DNA of 59,362 nt, the filler included. It is 6 parts of 6 records of this genome, joined end to end, with 100 filler letters (N's around TTAATTAATTAA, not from the genome) between each part and the next. Parts side by side here need not be neighbours in the genome. Positions count along the whole stretch, not along the records: positions 45,882 to 54,134 come from SRR31156797_16648; positions 54,235 to 59,362 come from SRR31156797_16667; 4 more parts are not named here. One strand, given 5' to 3'. Position numbers and translations under genes: made by a program. Shown here piece by piece: positions 47,803 through 57,770 of this stretch (position 1 is its first letter; each line of letters opens with the position of its first letter). The notes beneath the pieces were generated by a model. The model saw only the letters and a list, made by a program, of their open reading frames with translations, was not told the origin of the DNA and ran no database searches.

Positions 47803-49086
47803 TCAGCATGCCTCCAGAATCATGGCCATACCCTGCCCACCGCCGATGCAGAGGGAAGCCAGGCCCAATTCAAGGTTGTTCCGCATCATTTCACCCATGA
47901 GCGTAAGGGTGATGCGAGCCCCGGAACACCCGATGGGATGACCGATGGAGATACCGCTTCCCAGAGGGTTGGTTTTTTCCATGTCGCATCCGAGCTCCCG
48001 CACACAGGCGATGGCCTGGGCCGCAAAGGCTTCGTTTAACTCGATGGCGCCGAAATCGTCAATGGCGAGATTCTCTTTTTTCAGGAGTTTTCGGACGGCC
48101 GGTATGGGTCCGAGCCCCATGTAGGCCGGGTCCATCCCCGCGTAAGAAAAGGCGCGTATTTTAACCAGCGGTTTCAACCCCAATCCCTTTGCCTTTTCTT
48201 CCGACATGAGCAGAAGGGCCGCCGCCGCATCATTGATCCCGGAGGCATTCCCCGCGGTCACGGTACCGTCTTTTTTAAAAGCGGGCCTGAGCTTGGCCAT
48301 TTTTTCCGCGGTGGTGTCCATGGGCCGTTCATCCGTATCAAACACCAGGGGGTCTTTTTTCCGTTGCGGTATCACCACCGGGGCAATCTCATCCTTAAAG
48401 AGGCCGTCGTAAATGGCTTTCCTGGCACGCTGGTGGCTTAAAGCCCCCAGTTCATCCTGCTCTTCCCTGGAAATACCGTATTTCTCCGCAATGTTTTCCG
48501 CGGTAAGGCCCATATGGTACCCATAAAAAATCTCAAAGAGGCCGTCCATGACCATGAGATCCACCAGGTTGGCGTTGTTCATTCGGGCCCCCCAACGGGC
48601 CGCGGGCAGGGCATAGGGAATGAGGCTCATATTTTCCATGCCGCCTGCCAGAATCACATCCGCATCACCGGCGGCAATGGATTGGGCCGCCAGTGCAATG
48701 GCCTTCATGCCGGAAGCACAGACTTTATTCAATGTGAAAGCGCTGGTCTCCTTTGAAATTCCTGCCTTGATCATGGCCTGGCGCCCCACATTCTGCCCCT
48801 GGGCCGCACCCACCACATTTCCCATGATGACTTCATCCACTTCGACGGGCTGGAAAGCGTCATCGTAATCGTAAGCCTCCCTTTCAAGATCAATCATGCC
48901 GAGACCTTTGAGAGCGTCGGGCTCAAACTGCGTCAGATTGTCGGTGGCCACCGGTTTCAGCTGCACATCCTTGAGGGTTTCTTTCAGCACCAGAGCCCCC
49001 AGGTCCACCACCGGCGTTGATTTCAAGGTCTTTCCGAATGTACCCACGGCGGTTCTTTTTCCCGAAACAACTACAACATCTCCCAT
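47803..49086 (-). CDS. Acetyl-CoA C-acyltransferase (thiolase) with an N-terminal insertion
   Basis: NKVCASG, NEAFA, GHPIG, SLCIGGG. Confidence 0.95.
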   Translation of the reverse strand: MGDVVVVSGKRTAVGTFGKTLKSTPVVDLGALVLKETLKDVQLKPVATDNLTQFEPDALKGLGMIDLEREAYDYDDAFQPVEVDEVIMGNVVGAAQGQNVGRQAMIKAGISKETSAFTLNKVCASGMKAIALAAQSIAAGDADVILAGGMENMSLIPYALPAARWGARMNNANLVDLMVMDGLFEIFYGYHMGLTAENIAEKYGISREEQDELGALSHQRARKAIYDGLFKDEIAPVVIPQRKKDPLVFDTDERPMDTTAEKMAKLRPAFKKDGTVTAGNASGINDAAAALLLMSEEKAKGLGLKPLVKIRAFSYAGMDPAYMGLGPIPAVRKLLKKENLAIDDFGAIELNEAFAAQAIACVRELGCDMEKTNPLGSGISIGHPIGCSGARITLTLMGEMMRNNLELGLASLCIGGGQGMAMILEAC

Positions 49087-49158
49087 CCTTATCTCTCCTG
49101 TATCCTTTTCAGGCCTTCTGGATCGGCCTAATCTTAATTTACTATGGGTTTATGAGGA

Positions 49159-50349
49159 TCAACCTTCGTTATAAACCACCAGCGTCACAGCTTCACCACC
49201 TCCAAGGCATAGGGAGGCTTCGCCCACCCCGACGCCCCGGTCTTTCATGGCATGAATCAATGTGGTCAATACCCTTGCGCCGCTGGCCCCGATGGGGTGC
49301 CCGATGGCCACGGACCCGCCATGCACGTTTACTTTTGAAGGATCGATACCCAGTTCCCGGTTAATGGCCACGGACGAGGTACTGAACGCCTCATTAATCT
49401 CATGCAGGTCAATATCCGCAACCTTGAGGCCGTCCTTTGCCAGAACTTTCGGTATGGACAAAATCGGCGCCACCAGCACATATTTCATATCCAGCCCGGA
49501 TGCCCCCTGGGCTCCCACACGCACCAGGGGTTTGCAACCCAGAGCGTTTGCCTTTTCCCGGCTCATGACCACCAGGGCAGACGCCCCATCGGCGATCTTG
49601 GAGGCGTTCCCGGCCGTCACAAGACCATCCTTTTTGAAGGCCGGACGCAGTTTTTTGAGCCCTTCCACGCTGGTCAACGGCTTTCGGGTGGGAATTTCAT
49701 CCCCATTGAAAATAACCGGGTCGCCCTTTCGGCTTGGGATTTCCACGGGAACGATCTCCGCCCCGAATTTCCCCTGTTCCTGGGATTTCCAAGCCTTTTC
49801 GTAGGAATCCAGGGCAAATGCATCTGAATCTTCACGAGTCACTTTATATTTTTCCGCCACCAGTTCCGCGCTGATCCCCATATGAAAATCGTTCACATGA
49901 TCCCAGAGTCCGTCATGGACCATACCGTCCACCATCTGGCTGTTGTTCATACGATATCCGGTCCTGGCTTTTTTCAGCATGTAGGGGCAGAGGTTCATGT
50001 TTTCCTGCCCCCCGGCCACCACCACGTCCGCATCGCCGCACTGAATGGCCTGGGCCGCCAGCATCACCGCCTTGAGACCCGAACCGCACACTTTATTGAC
50101 GGTAATGGCCCCCACATCCCACGGCAGACCCGCGCGAACCATTGTTTGGCGCGCCGGGTTCTGCCCCAGCCCGTGGGGCAGCACACTCCCCATGATCACC
50201 TCGTCCACGTCTTTGTTTTCAACACCTGCCCGATTCAGGGCCTCCTTGATGACCAATGCCCCGAGATCCGTGGCGGAAACAGTACTCAGGGCCCCGGCGA
50301 AATCACCGACGGCGGTCCTGCAGGCACTGACAATAACAACCTCTCTCAT
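49159..50349 (-). CDS. Acetyl-CoA C-acetyltransferase (thiolase)
   Basis: NKVCGSG, NEAFS, GHPIGASG, SLCLGGG. Confidence 0.95.
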   Translation of the reverse strand: MREVVIVSACRTAVGDFAGALSTVSATDLGALVIKEALNRAGVENKDVDEVIMGSVLPHGLGQNPARQTMVRAGLPWDVGAITVNKVCGSGLKAVMLAAQAIQCGDADVVVAGGQENMNLCPYMLKKARTGYRMNNSQMVDGMVHDGLWDHVNDFHMGISAELVAEKYKVTREDSDAFALDSYEKAWKSQEQGKFGAEIVPVEIPSRKGDPVIFNGDEIPTRKPLTSVEGLKKLRPAFKKDGLVTAGNASKIADGASALVVMSREKANALGCKPLVRVGAQGASGLDMKYVLVAPILSIPKVLAKDGLKVADIDLHEINEAFSTSSVAINRELGIDPSKVNVHGGSVAIGHPIGASGARVLTTLIHAMKDRGVGVGEASLCLGGGEAVTLVVYNEG

Positions 50350-50542
50350 GGAATTTCCCCTTTCAAAAAACCTTCAACTTCAAGTACAAAACATTCCCCT
50401 AAAACAGCTCATCAATATATAGTAAAGGACCCATTTTCAAGTCAAGACAATTCACCCTTTACGGGAGTTTGCCGCTTGTAAGTTTACCTAAAGCATTGTA
50501 TCATTATTTTGTCCCTTTAAAGATTTTTAAGGAGTCAAACCC

Positions 50543-53200
50543 ATGAGCGAACCTCACAGAACCCCTATTTACGAGCAGCACCTGGCCCTGGGCGCTAAAA
50601 TGGTTGAATTCGGCGGCTGGGAGATGCCGCTCATGTACCCAGGCGGCATCGTTTCGGAGCATCTGAATACCCGCCGGGGGGCGGGCCTGTTCGACGTGAG
50701 CCATATGGGCCGTTTTCTATTCAGGGGAAAGGGTGCGCTTCCCTTCCTTCAGCATGTGCTCACCAACAACGCGGCATCCCTGGACATTCAGAATGTGGGG
50801 GCACAATACACCCTCATCCCCACCGAAACGGGCGGGGCCGTGGATGATGCATATCTTTATCGGTTTCAAAAGGATGAATATCTCCTGGTGGTCAATGCCG
50901 CAAACCGGGAAAAGGACCGGCTGCATTTTCAAAATTTCATGGCGGACTTCCCGGAACTCCAGCTCCTGGACCATACCGACGAAATGGCCATGCTCTCCCT
51001 CCAGGGCCCCGAATCCCGAAAAATCCTTCAAAAACTCATATCCGACGGACAGCTTCCGGAACCGAGACGCAACTCTGTTGCCGTTGTTTCAATTTCAGGG
51101 ACCGAAATACTTCTGGCCCGTACCGGTTATACGGGAGAACCCATCTGTTTTGAACTCTTTATGGATAGGGCGCATGCCCCCGTCATATGGCAGCGACTTC
51201 TGGACCAGGGCGCTCATCCCGTGGGGCTCGGCGCACGGGATACCCTGCGCCTTGAAGCGGGATTACCCCTTTACGGCCACGAACTGGGCATGGATTCCAA
51301 CGGCAGGGAGATTCCCATTCTGGCCTGTCCCATTGCAAAACCGGCTGTCAGTTTTTCTCCGCTGAAAGGCGATTTTGTGGGGAAATCGGCGCTAATGAAA
51401 CAATTTGAAACTCTCAAAAAAATCATTTCCCATGATTATACCGACATTACGGATCTCCCCCGGATGATCAGGCCCATCACGCTCATTGAAAGGGGCGTTG
51501 CCCGTCCGAGATCAAAGGTCTTCAGCGGCCACAAACCGGCCGGCGTGATCACCAGCGGTACCATGGTCCCCATGTGGATGATGAAGGGTGAAGGATTAAA
51601 CTCGGTATTGACGGATGAACACCGTCTTCGTGCGGTCTCTCTGGGCCATGTGGACAGCAATGTGGAAGTGGATGAATCCATCCTGGTTGACGTCCGCGGG
51701 AAAGCCGTTTCAGCTGTCGTCGTCCCCTTTCACCTGAGATCCGACGCGCCCCCTTATGCCCGGCCCATTCTTCACGGCCATGGGACCATTCCGGCCACCC
51801 GCCATGAAGGGGATACAAGGGGCAAAGTGGAACGGCTCCTTCAAAAAACCATTGACAATCACACCTGGCGACAGCAGTCATGCATCAACCTCATCCCTTC
51901 CGAAATGACCCTTTCCCCCATGGTAAGATGTCTTTCCATTATGGATCCGGCTTTTCGTTATGCCGAGCACAAGAATGCAAAAGCATTTTATGATGCGGAT
52001 ATTTTTTATTATCAGGGGACGGATTTCATTGCCGAAGTGGAACGGCTCCTTGAAGCGGAGCTTCAAACCTATTTGGGCTGCCGGGAGGTGGAAACCCGTG
52101 TCATCAGCGGTCAGATGGCCAATATGGCCGTTTACAGCGCCATGGTGGACTACCTGAATCGCACGGACCGCAAACGGGAAGCCCGGCGCTTACAACCGGT
52201 CATGTGTCACCATATGGGCAAGGGAGGGCATCTCAGCAGCCAACCCATGGGAGCCCTCAGGGATTTTGTGGCCCACGATCCGGTCACCGAACGTCCCGCG
52301 GTTGTTCATTTCCCCGTCTTGCCCCATAATCCCTACAAAATCGATGTTCCCGCCACCCTCAAGGAGATCGAAATCGCGAAACCGGAGCTGATTGTCCTGG
52401 GGAAAAGCATGGTGATTTACCGGGAACCGATCGCGGATATCTCCCGATTCCTGGAAGACCGGGGGCTCACGAACACGGTGTTGATGGTGGACATGGCCCA
52501 CGTGCTGGGGTTGATCGGACCTTATTTCCAGGAACCCTTCAAGGAAGGCGCCCACCTGGTTACCGGTTCCACCCACAAAACCTACTTCGGGACCCAGCGG
52601 GGCATTGTGGGATGCCCTTTCACTGAACAAGACGTCCGGTATGAACTCTGGGAAACCCTGAAAAGACGCACCTTTCCCGGATCCGTTTCCAACCATCACC
52701 CGGGAACCCTGCTCGGGCTGCTCATGGCGGCCTACGAAATGAACCGTTTTAAAAATGACTACCAGCCAAAGGTCATGGCCAACGCCAAAGCCTTTGCCCG
52801 CGCCCTTGCGGACTGTGGCCTTGAACCGGCGGGAGATCCCGAAATGGAATACACCGAAACCCACCAGGTGATACTCCCCGTGGGGTACGGGCGCGGTCCG
52901 GAAATGGCCTTAAGGCTGGAGAAAAACAACATCATCTGCAATTATCAGGCGGTTCCCGACGAAGAGGGGTTCACCGCATCGGGCGCCCTGCGCCTGGGGG
53001 TTTCGGAAATGACAAGGTTCGGAATGGAGGCGGCGGATTTTCAGGAACTTGCCTTATTGATAAAGGACGTGGTGGTTAAAAACGCCCAGGTTAAGTCCCG
53101 GGTTGAAAAAATGCGGCAACGGTTTCAAGATTTGAAATTCTGTTTTTCCGAAAAAGAATTTGAGGATTTTTTACAGGATCTTCACAAACTCCTTTTATAA
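50543..53200 (+). CDS. Fusion of glycine-cleavage T protein (GcvT) and serine hydroxymethyltransferase
   Basis: N-half: FDVSHMG, QGP, RTGYTGE, GLGARDTLRLEAG. C-half: INLIPSE, RYAE, GGHLS, DMAH, STHKT (PLP lysine). One uninterrupted 885-aa frame. Confidence 0.92.
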   Translation: MSEPHRTPIYEQHLALGAKMVEFGGWEMPLMYPGGIVSEHLNTRRGAGLFDVSHMGRFLFRGKGALPFLQHVLTNNAASLDIQNVGAQYTLIPTETGGAVDDAYLYRFQKDEYLLVVNAANREKDRLHFQNFMADFPELQLLDHTDEMAMLSLQGPESRKILQKLISDGQLPEPRRNSVAVVSISGTEILLARTGYTGEPICFELFMDRAHAPVIWQRLLDQGAHPVGLGARDTLRLEAGLPLYGHELGMDSNGREIPILACPIAKPAVSFSPLKGDFVGKSALMKQFETLKKIISHDYTDITDLPRMIRPITLIERGVARPRSKVFSGHKPAGVITSGTMVPMWMMKGEGLNSVLTDEHRLRAVSLGHVDSNVEVDESILVDVRGKAVSAVVVPFHLRSDAPPYARPILHGHGTIPATRHEGDTRGKVERLLQKTIDNHTWRQQSCINLIPSEMTLSPMVRCLSIMDPAFRYAEHKNAKAFYDADIFYYQGTDFIAEVERLLEAELQTYLGCREVETRVISGQMANMAVYSAMVDYLNRTDRKREARRLQPVMCHHMGKGGHLSSQPMGALRDFVAHDPVTERPAVVHFPVLPHNPYKIDVPATLKEIEIAKPELIVLGKSMVIYREPIADISRFLEDRGLTNTVLMVDMAHVLGLIGPYFQEPFKEGAHLVTGSTHKTYFGTQRGIVGCPFTEQDVRYELWETLKRRTFPGSVSNHHPGTLLGLLMAAYEMNRFKNDYQPKVMANAKAFARALADCGLEPAGDPEMEYTETHQVILPVGYGRGPEMALRLEKNNIICNYQAVPDEEGFTASGALRLGVSEMTRFGMEAADFQELALLIKDVVVKNAQVKSRVEKMRQRFQDLKFCFSEKEFEDFLQDLHKLLL

Positions 53201-53319
53201 ATATGGAACCGTTCCGGTTCACTGCCAAGAAATCAAAGGTTCTCTTTTCCCAAGAGGAATTAAACCGTTGTGATCCATAGGCATGAACCGGTCGGGAATC
53301 CCTAATCCAAAGGTTCCGA

Positions 53320-54134
53320 TTAAAAATCGTCAAAGTCCTTGTCGTCCAGAGGGAAAATTTCTTCAGGGGTTGCCTTCTTCGTATTTTGTTTTCCATTGGG
53401 CGCCGCAAGGGCTTTCACTTTTCCGGGGGTCGCCCTTTTAACTGTAGCAGCCTCTCTGCGGCCTTCCCCGCCGTGAGCAGTTGTGTGGTCACCTTTTCCG
53501 CCCACAAGGGCCATCAATTCACTCACATAACCTTTTAATTCTTGTGCCTGGGCATTCATTTCCTCTGAAGCAGCGGCCGATTCCTCTGCATTGGCCGCAG
53601 TCTGTTGGGTGACCTTGTCCATTTCACTGACAGCCGTGTTCACCTCATTGATCCCCTGGGCCTGCTCTTTGGAAGCAGCCGATATCTCACCGACCAATTC
53701 ACCCACCTTTGTGGCGCTTTCCGCTACCCTGGTGAATTCAGTGTTCGTTTTGGTCACCAAATCTGTGCCCGTATTTACCTTCTTTACCGTACCATCTATG
53801 AGCTCGGCCGTGTTTTTGGCCGCTTCAGCCGCCCTCAGGGCAAGGCTCCTCACCTCGTCAGCCACAACGGCAAACCCGGCCCCCGCCTCTCCGGCCCTGG
53901 CCGCCTCCACCGCCGCATTGAGCGCCAGGAGATTGGTTTGAAATGCGATTTCGTCAATGGTCTTGATGATTTTAGATGTCTCTTCGCTCGCATGGGAAAT
54001 TTCATCCATGGATTGTGTAAGGTCAGCCATGGATTGGTTGGCTTTTTCGATTACATGGTTGGCATTTTCCATGAGGCCGTCCGCCTGGGTGGAATTTTCC
54101 GCAGTCTGTTTGGTCATGGAAGACATCTCTTCCA
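53320..54134 (-). CDS. Methyl-accepting chemotaxis protein, 5'-truncated
   Basis: [35 protein letters not shown]-terminal DFDDF pentapeptide resembling a CheR/CheB tether. Confidence 0.95.
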
Positions 54135-54234
54135 NNNNNNNNNNNNNNNNNNNNNNNNNNNNNNNNNNNNNNNNNNNNTTAATTAATTAANNNNNNNNNN
54201 NNNNNNNNNNNNNNNNNNNNNNNNNNNNNNNNNN
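54135..54234. other. Artificial contig spacer
   Basis: N44-TTAATTAATTAA-N44. Confidence 0.98.
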
Positions 54235-54941
54235 AAATCATCCAGGAGACGTTTGGCCTGTGAACTGCCGCCGGTGAAAAATGTCGAAACGCCTGGTACG
54301 CTTCGATCAATTTTAAGTTTTTTGATAACAGACTTAATGTCGTCAAGATCAATGCCCCGGATATTTAAATCAATAGAAGAGTGCTTGATTGTGAACGGTT
54401 TGAACGGTGTCAGGTAATGTTCAAGCTGACGGTGAATTTTGGGACGTATGGTGCGGGCAGCGTATTCTGCTTTTGTAGAAACTTCTTCAACAGGTGCGAT
54501 GACATCGCTTTCCACCTGCACGACCCGGCAAAACGCCTGCCGGGCCAGTTCAAGGCGCCAAACTTTTTGATGCCTGAGATAACCGCGATCGCAGACAATC
54601 ACGGAAGCGTTTCGGCCCAGCTTCTGGGCGACTTCTACAGGATCGCCTTTTTGAACGATCATTTTCAGGCCCCGGTCGGCCAGGGTTTGTTGGGTTTCTT
54701 TCAAACCCTCGAGCATAAAGGTGTAATGCCTGAGATTGGCTTCCGGGTAATCATCGGTCAGACCGAAAGCGACAAGCACGCCCTGGCCAAGCCGGTTGGC
54801 CTGGTGCGCGGCGTATTCCAGGGCGTGATTGTAGTCCGCCCGTTGGGACTGCTGCATCCAGTAAAGAACATACTTGCCTTTGGCCGGCTCGGCGTCGTTC
54901 AGAATTTTAATCCGTGTATCTTGAGTGGTCTGAAATATCAT
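54235..54941 (-). CDS. Deoxyribodipyrimidine photolyase (class II CPD-like), 3'-truncated
   Basis: YVLYWMQQSQRA.YNHAL.YA, RHY.FMLEGL, EYAARTIRPKI. Confidence 0.9.
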
Positions 54942-55290
54942 CTTTATCCCTTAAGCTATACAGCCTCCTGCATTTATACCTTATAAACCTCCATGAATCT
55001 ATTGTCCTACGGATCAAGGACTCCATAAAGTATAAGGAAAAAAAGCAGCTCAAGAAAGGGGATAATATAAAAACGCATTGTGTGTATGAATTCCATGGGC
55101 CTGAGTAGTGCTCGCCGCCGTAGGTTGTTGTTATAAAAGTTGTATTTCCAGGCCGGCCGCTGCCGGCCGGGAAGAATTATTAACATTTTGTTTAAGTTCA
55201 CTCGTCAGGCGAACCATTCGAAAAGTTGTAATGGCCTAATTAAGTTAGCCAAGTCAAACTTTAATGGTAAAAAAATTTACTCCGCCATTT

Positions 55291-55914
55291 TCATTTCAAA
55301 ACAGCAAGTGCAAAAATGGCTTTAACGTTTTCTCCAACCAGCATGGACTCATCAACCTTGAAATCCGCTTCTTTCAAAATCGAGTCAGTCATGTCCAAAG
55401 TCAATCGCCGCGATTGCTCCGGAGGCTTGCCATACGTCCGTAAATAGCGATAAATCATGTTCATCCTGGCCATAAACGGCATGCCTTCCATGGTGAAGCT
55501 GATGACCAGTAATCTACCGTTTTTCTTTAATACCCGTTTGCTTTCCAAAACAGCTTTTTTCGGATTGTCGATGACATGAAGCAGGTTGACCATTACCACA
55601 AAATCGTAACTGGCGTCAGGATAGGAAAGCGCCAGGCAGTTTTGTTTTTCAATGATAATATTATCATACTGCTTCAACCGTTCGCCGGATTCGGCCAGCA
55701 TCTGATCGGAAAGGTCGGTTGCATAAAGCCGGGATGCCGTCTTGGCCAAGATTTTGGAATAAGTCCCGTTTCCGCAGCCCAGTTCCAAGCCGGTCCCGGA
55801 TAGCGCCCGGTCGTGTATTGCTTGTTGGATGGCCAGAATATTGTTCTTTCCGGCCACGTATTTATTACGTTCTTCAAAGTCGTCCGCAAAGCGTGACCAG
55901 TATTTTTCTTCCAT
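55291..55914 (-). CDS. Class I SAM-dependent methyltransferase
   Basis: LELGCGNG, ATDLS, RVLKKNG; start overlaps the upstream stop. Confidence 0.9.
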   Translation of the reverse strand: MEEKYWSRFADDFEERNKYVAGKNNILAIQQAIHDRALSGTGLELGCGNGTYSKILAKTASRLYATDLSDQMLAESGERLKQYDNIIIEKQNCLALSYPDASYDFVVMVNLLHVIDNPKKAVLESKRVLKKNGRLLVISFTMEGMPFMARMNMIYRYLRTYGKPPEQSRRLTLDMTDSILKEADFKVDESMLVGENVKAIFALAVLK

Positions 55915-56960
55915 CAGTTATTCACCATTTCTTTTATTCGGCCGATTATCATCTCCATTGGCCCGTGGGATTCCAGATCTATGTCGCTTAGAATCTGGCT
56001 TTGAGTTGAAACGAAACCGGCTTTAATCATGGCATTGGCAATTGTTCCCTGTTCAAAAGACAAATTCATTCCCTGCAGGGATGTTGGAAGCCAGCTGATA
56101 ACGGAGGCTGCCGGCGCGGTTTTTTCATTTGACAATCCGTCGGATATGACCATGAAAACGCCGCCGGGATTAAGAGCCTGGTAAATTTTGTAAAAAATCT
56201 CATCTAGTCTTTCGCGAAAAAAGTTCAAGGTGTAATTGGCCATGATGAAATCATAATTTTTACCGATGGAATCATTCATGTAGTCGCCGGGAATGGTTTC
56301 AACGCGTGCCTGCATACCGTATTCTTCAATTGTTTCATCGGCGACCCGGCACACCGCGGGCTGGTCGAAAAGAAAGCATTTTAATGATGGATGAGCGGCG
56401 GCGACTGCCAGGCCTATGATTCCCGGTCCTGCGCCCAAATCAAGTATTCTTGAAAAGGAATCAAATTCCGGAAGCGATGCGACCCGGGACGCGATTAGTT
56501 GAGCCCGCCCGCACCTGCTGTGGTTCAGGCTTGTCCGGGCGCCAGCGGCCCAGGTTTCTTCATCGCCGATATTTTCAACCTTGGGCGGTCCGTTTAGCAC
56601 CAGCTCTTTAAGCCCGTCGTTAAACATGGCTTTGTTCATATTCTCCATAAACAAAAGGAAAGGGCCTATGGATGTATCCTTGCCCGCGGTTAAAAAAGTG
56701 GCGGCCAGATGTGTGTTTTTGAATTCGCCGTTCTTTTTCGAAAGGCATCCTAGTGCAACGAGTCCGTTAAGAAAATATTCCGTGTTTTCCGGGTGAGTGG
56801 ATATCAATCCGGCCAGCGTGTCTGCCGAAACCGGCTCTTCAAGATGTTCGAAAACATTAAGCTCGATCGCTGTTTTCAATAATTCCCATTTTATAACTGC
56901 ATACGGCAGTCCAAACAGGTCGGTGTGACTAAAGTCAGGATTGGGCAATGGTTTTTTCAT
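55914..56960 (-). CDS. O-methyltransferase family 2 (dimerisation domain + MTase)
   Basis: AIELNVF N-terminal wHTH, ILDLGAGPG, FDQP.V, GDY, ALNPGG. Confidence 0.9.
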   Translation of the reverse strand: MKKPLPNPDFSHTDLFGLPYAVIKWELLKTAIELNVFEHLEEPVSADTLAGLISTHPENTEYFLNGLVALGCLSKKNGEFKNTHLAATFLTAGKDTSIGPFLLFMENMNKAMFNDGLKELVLNGPPKVENIGDEETWAAGARTSLNHSRCGRAQLIASRVASLPEFDSFSRILDLGAGPGIIGLAVAAAHPSLKCFLFDQPAVCRVADETIEEYGMQARVETIPGDYMNDSIGKNYDFIMANYTLNFFRERLDEIFYKIYQALNPGGVFMVISDGLSNEKTAPAASVISWLPTSLQGMNLSFEQGTIANAMIKAGFVSTQSQILSDIDLESHGPMEMIIGRIKEMVNN

Positions 56961-56976
56961 ATAGGTAAATCCCTTC

Positions 56977-57648
56977 TTATAGGGCGCTTACTTTTTTTCG
57001 CCCCTTCTTTTTTACAGGTTTAATCTCATGTTGCTCTGGCGACAGCCCCCTCAGCACAAATGCCAAAAGCTGGTTCAAATACTTATCATCAATGGGCTCG
57101 GTTACTCCCCGGCTTCTTTCATGTTGCAGAAAGTGGTCGTGATATTCCCACCAGATGTGAACGGCGCCGCAGACAATCGCGGAAATGTTGAATGGCGAGA
57201 TATCATCCCGAATTTCCCCTTTCAATTGCGCGTCACGTAAAAAATCCTCATAAACATGATGCAGCTTGTCTTCGCCGGGCCAGGGATCCATATCCCCTTC
57301 CAGGCGGGCCCAGTTGGCCAGCCGCATCATGGTCGGATTGTCGCGGTAAAAAGCAAACATCGACTGAATAAGGTCTTTGATGAAGTCGGTCGCATTACCG
57401 TCGTAGTCCGGCATGTCGCTTTGAGATGCCGCGTATCTCTTGACGACTGCCGTTTTGACGCCCTCGTAGACGCCTTCCTTGTTCTGAAAATGAAACAGGA
57501 TTAAAGGCCCTGATACGCCGCATTTTTCCGAAATTTCACGGATGGATGTTCCGGCGTATCCCTTTTCCGCGAAAATTTCTTCCGCGGCATTCAGGATTAT
57601 GCTTTTTGTGGCTTCGGCGTTTCTGATTTTTGTACCGGGTTTGGCCAT
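56977..57648 (-). CDS. TetR/AcrR-family regulator
   Basis: ILNAAEEIFAEKGY.GTSIREI...GVS..LI..HF.NKE. Confidence 0.92.
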   Translation of the reverse strand: MAKPGTKIRNAEATKSIILNAAEEIFAEKGYAGTSIREISEKCGVSGPLILFHFQNKEGVYEGVKTAVVKRYAASQSDMPDYDGNATDFIKDLIQSMFAFYRDNPTMMRLANWARLEGDMDPWPGEDKLHHVYEDFLRDAQLKGEIRDDISPFNISAIVCGAVHIWWEYHDHFLQHERSRGVTEPIDDKYLNQLLAFVLRGLSPEQHEIKPVKKKGRKKVSAL

Positions 57649-57673
57649 GTGCAACTCCAGTTATAAAAATAAC

Positions 57674-57691
57674 TTACTAACTGTTAAGTAA
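57674..57691. promoter_or_regulatory. Candidate TetR operator
   Basis: Imperfect palindrome TTACTAAC-T-GTTAAGTAA just upstream of the tetR start. Confidence 0.55.
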
Positions 57692-57724
57692 ATAGCATTT
57701 TGGTTGTTTACCGTCAAGGGATAA

Positions 57725-57759
57725 AGTCTTTACCTGTAAAGAGAAACCAGGTAAAGACT
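57725..57759 (-). terminator. Hairpin after the polyferredoxin gene
   Basis: AGTCTTTACCTG / CAGGTAAAGACT perfect 12-bp inverted repeat. Confidence 0.65.
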
Positions 57760-57770
57760 ATCCCGAGGTC

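Noticed and set aside
55007-55201. Small hydrophobic minus-strand ORF as a type I toxin or membrane peptide
   Set aside because: No convincing RBS; hydrophobicity is explained by T-rich intergenic sequence.
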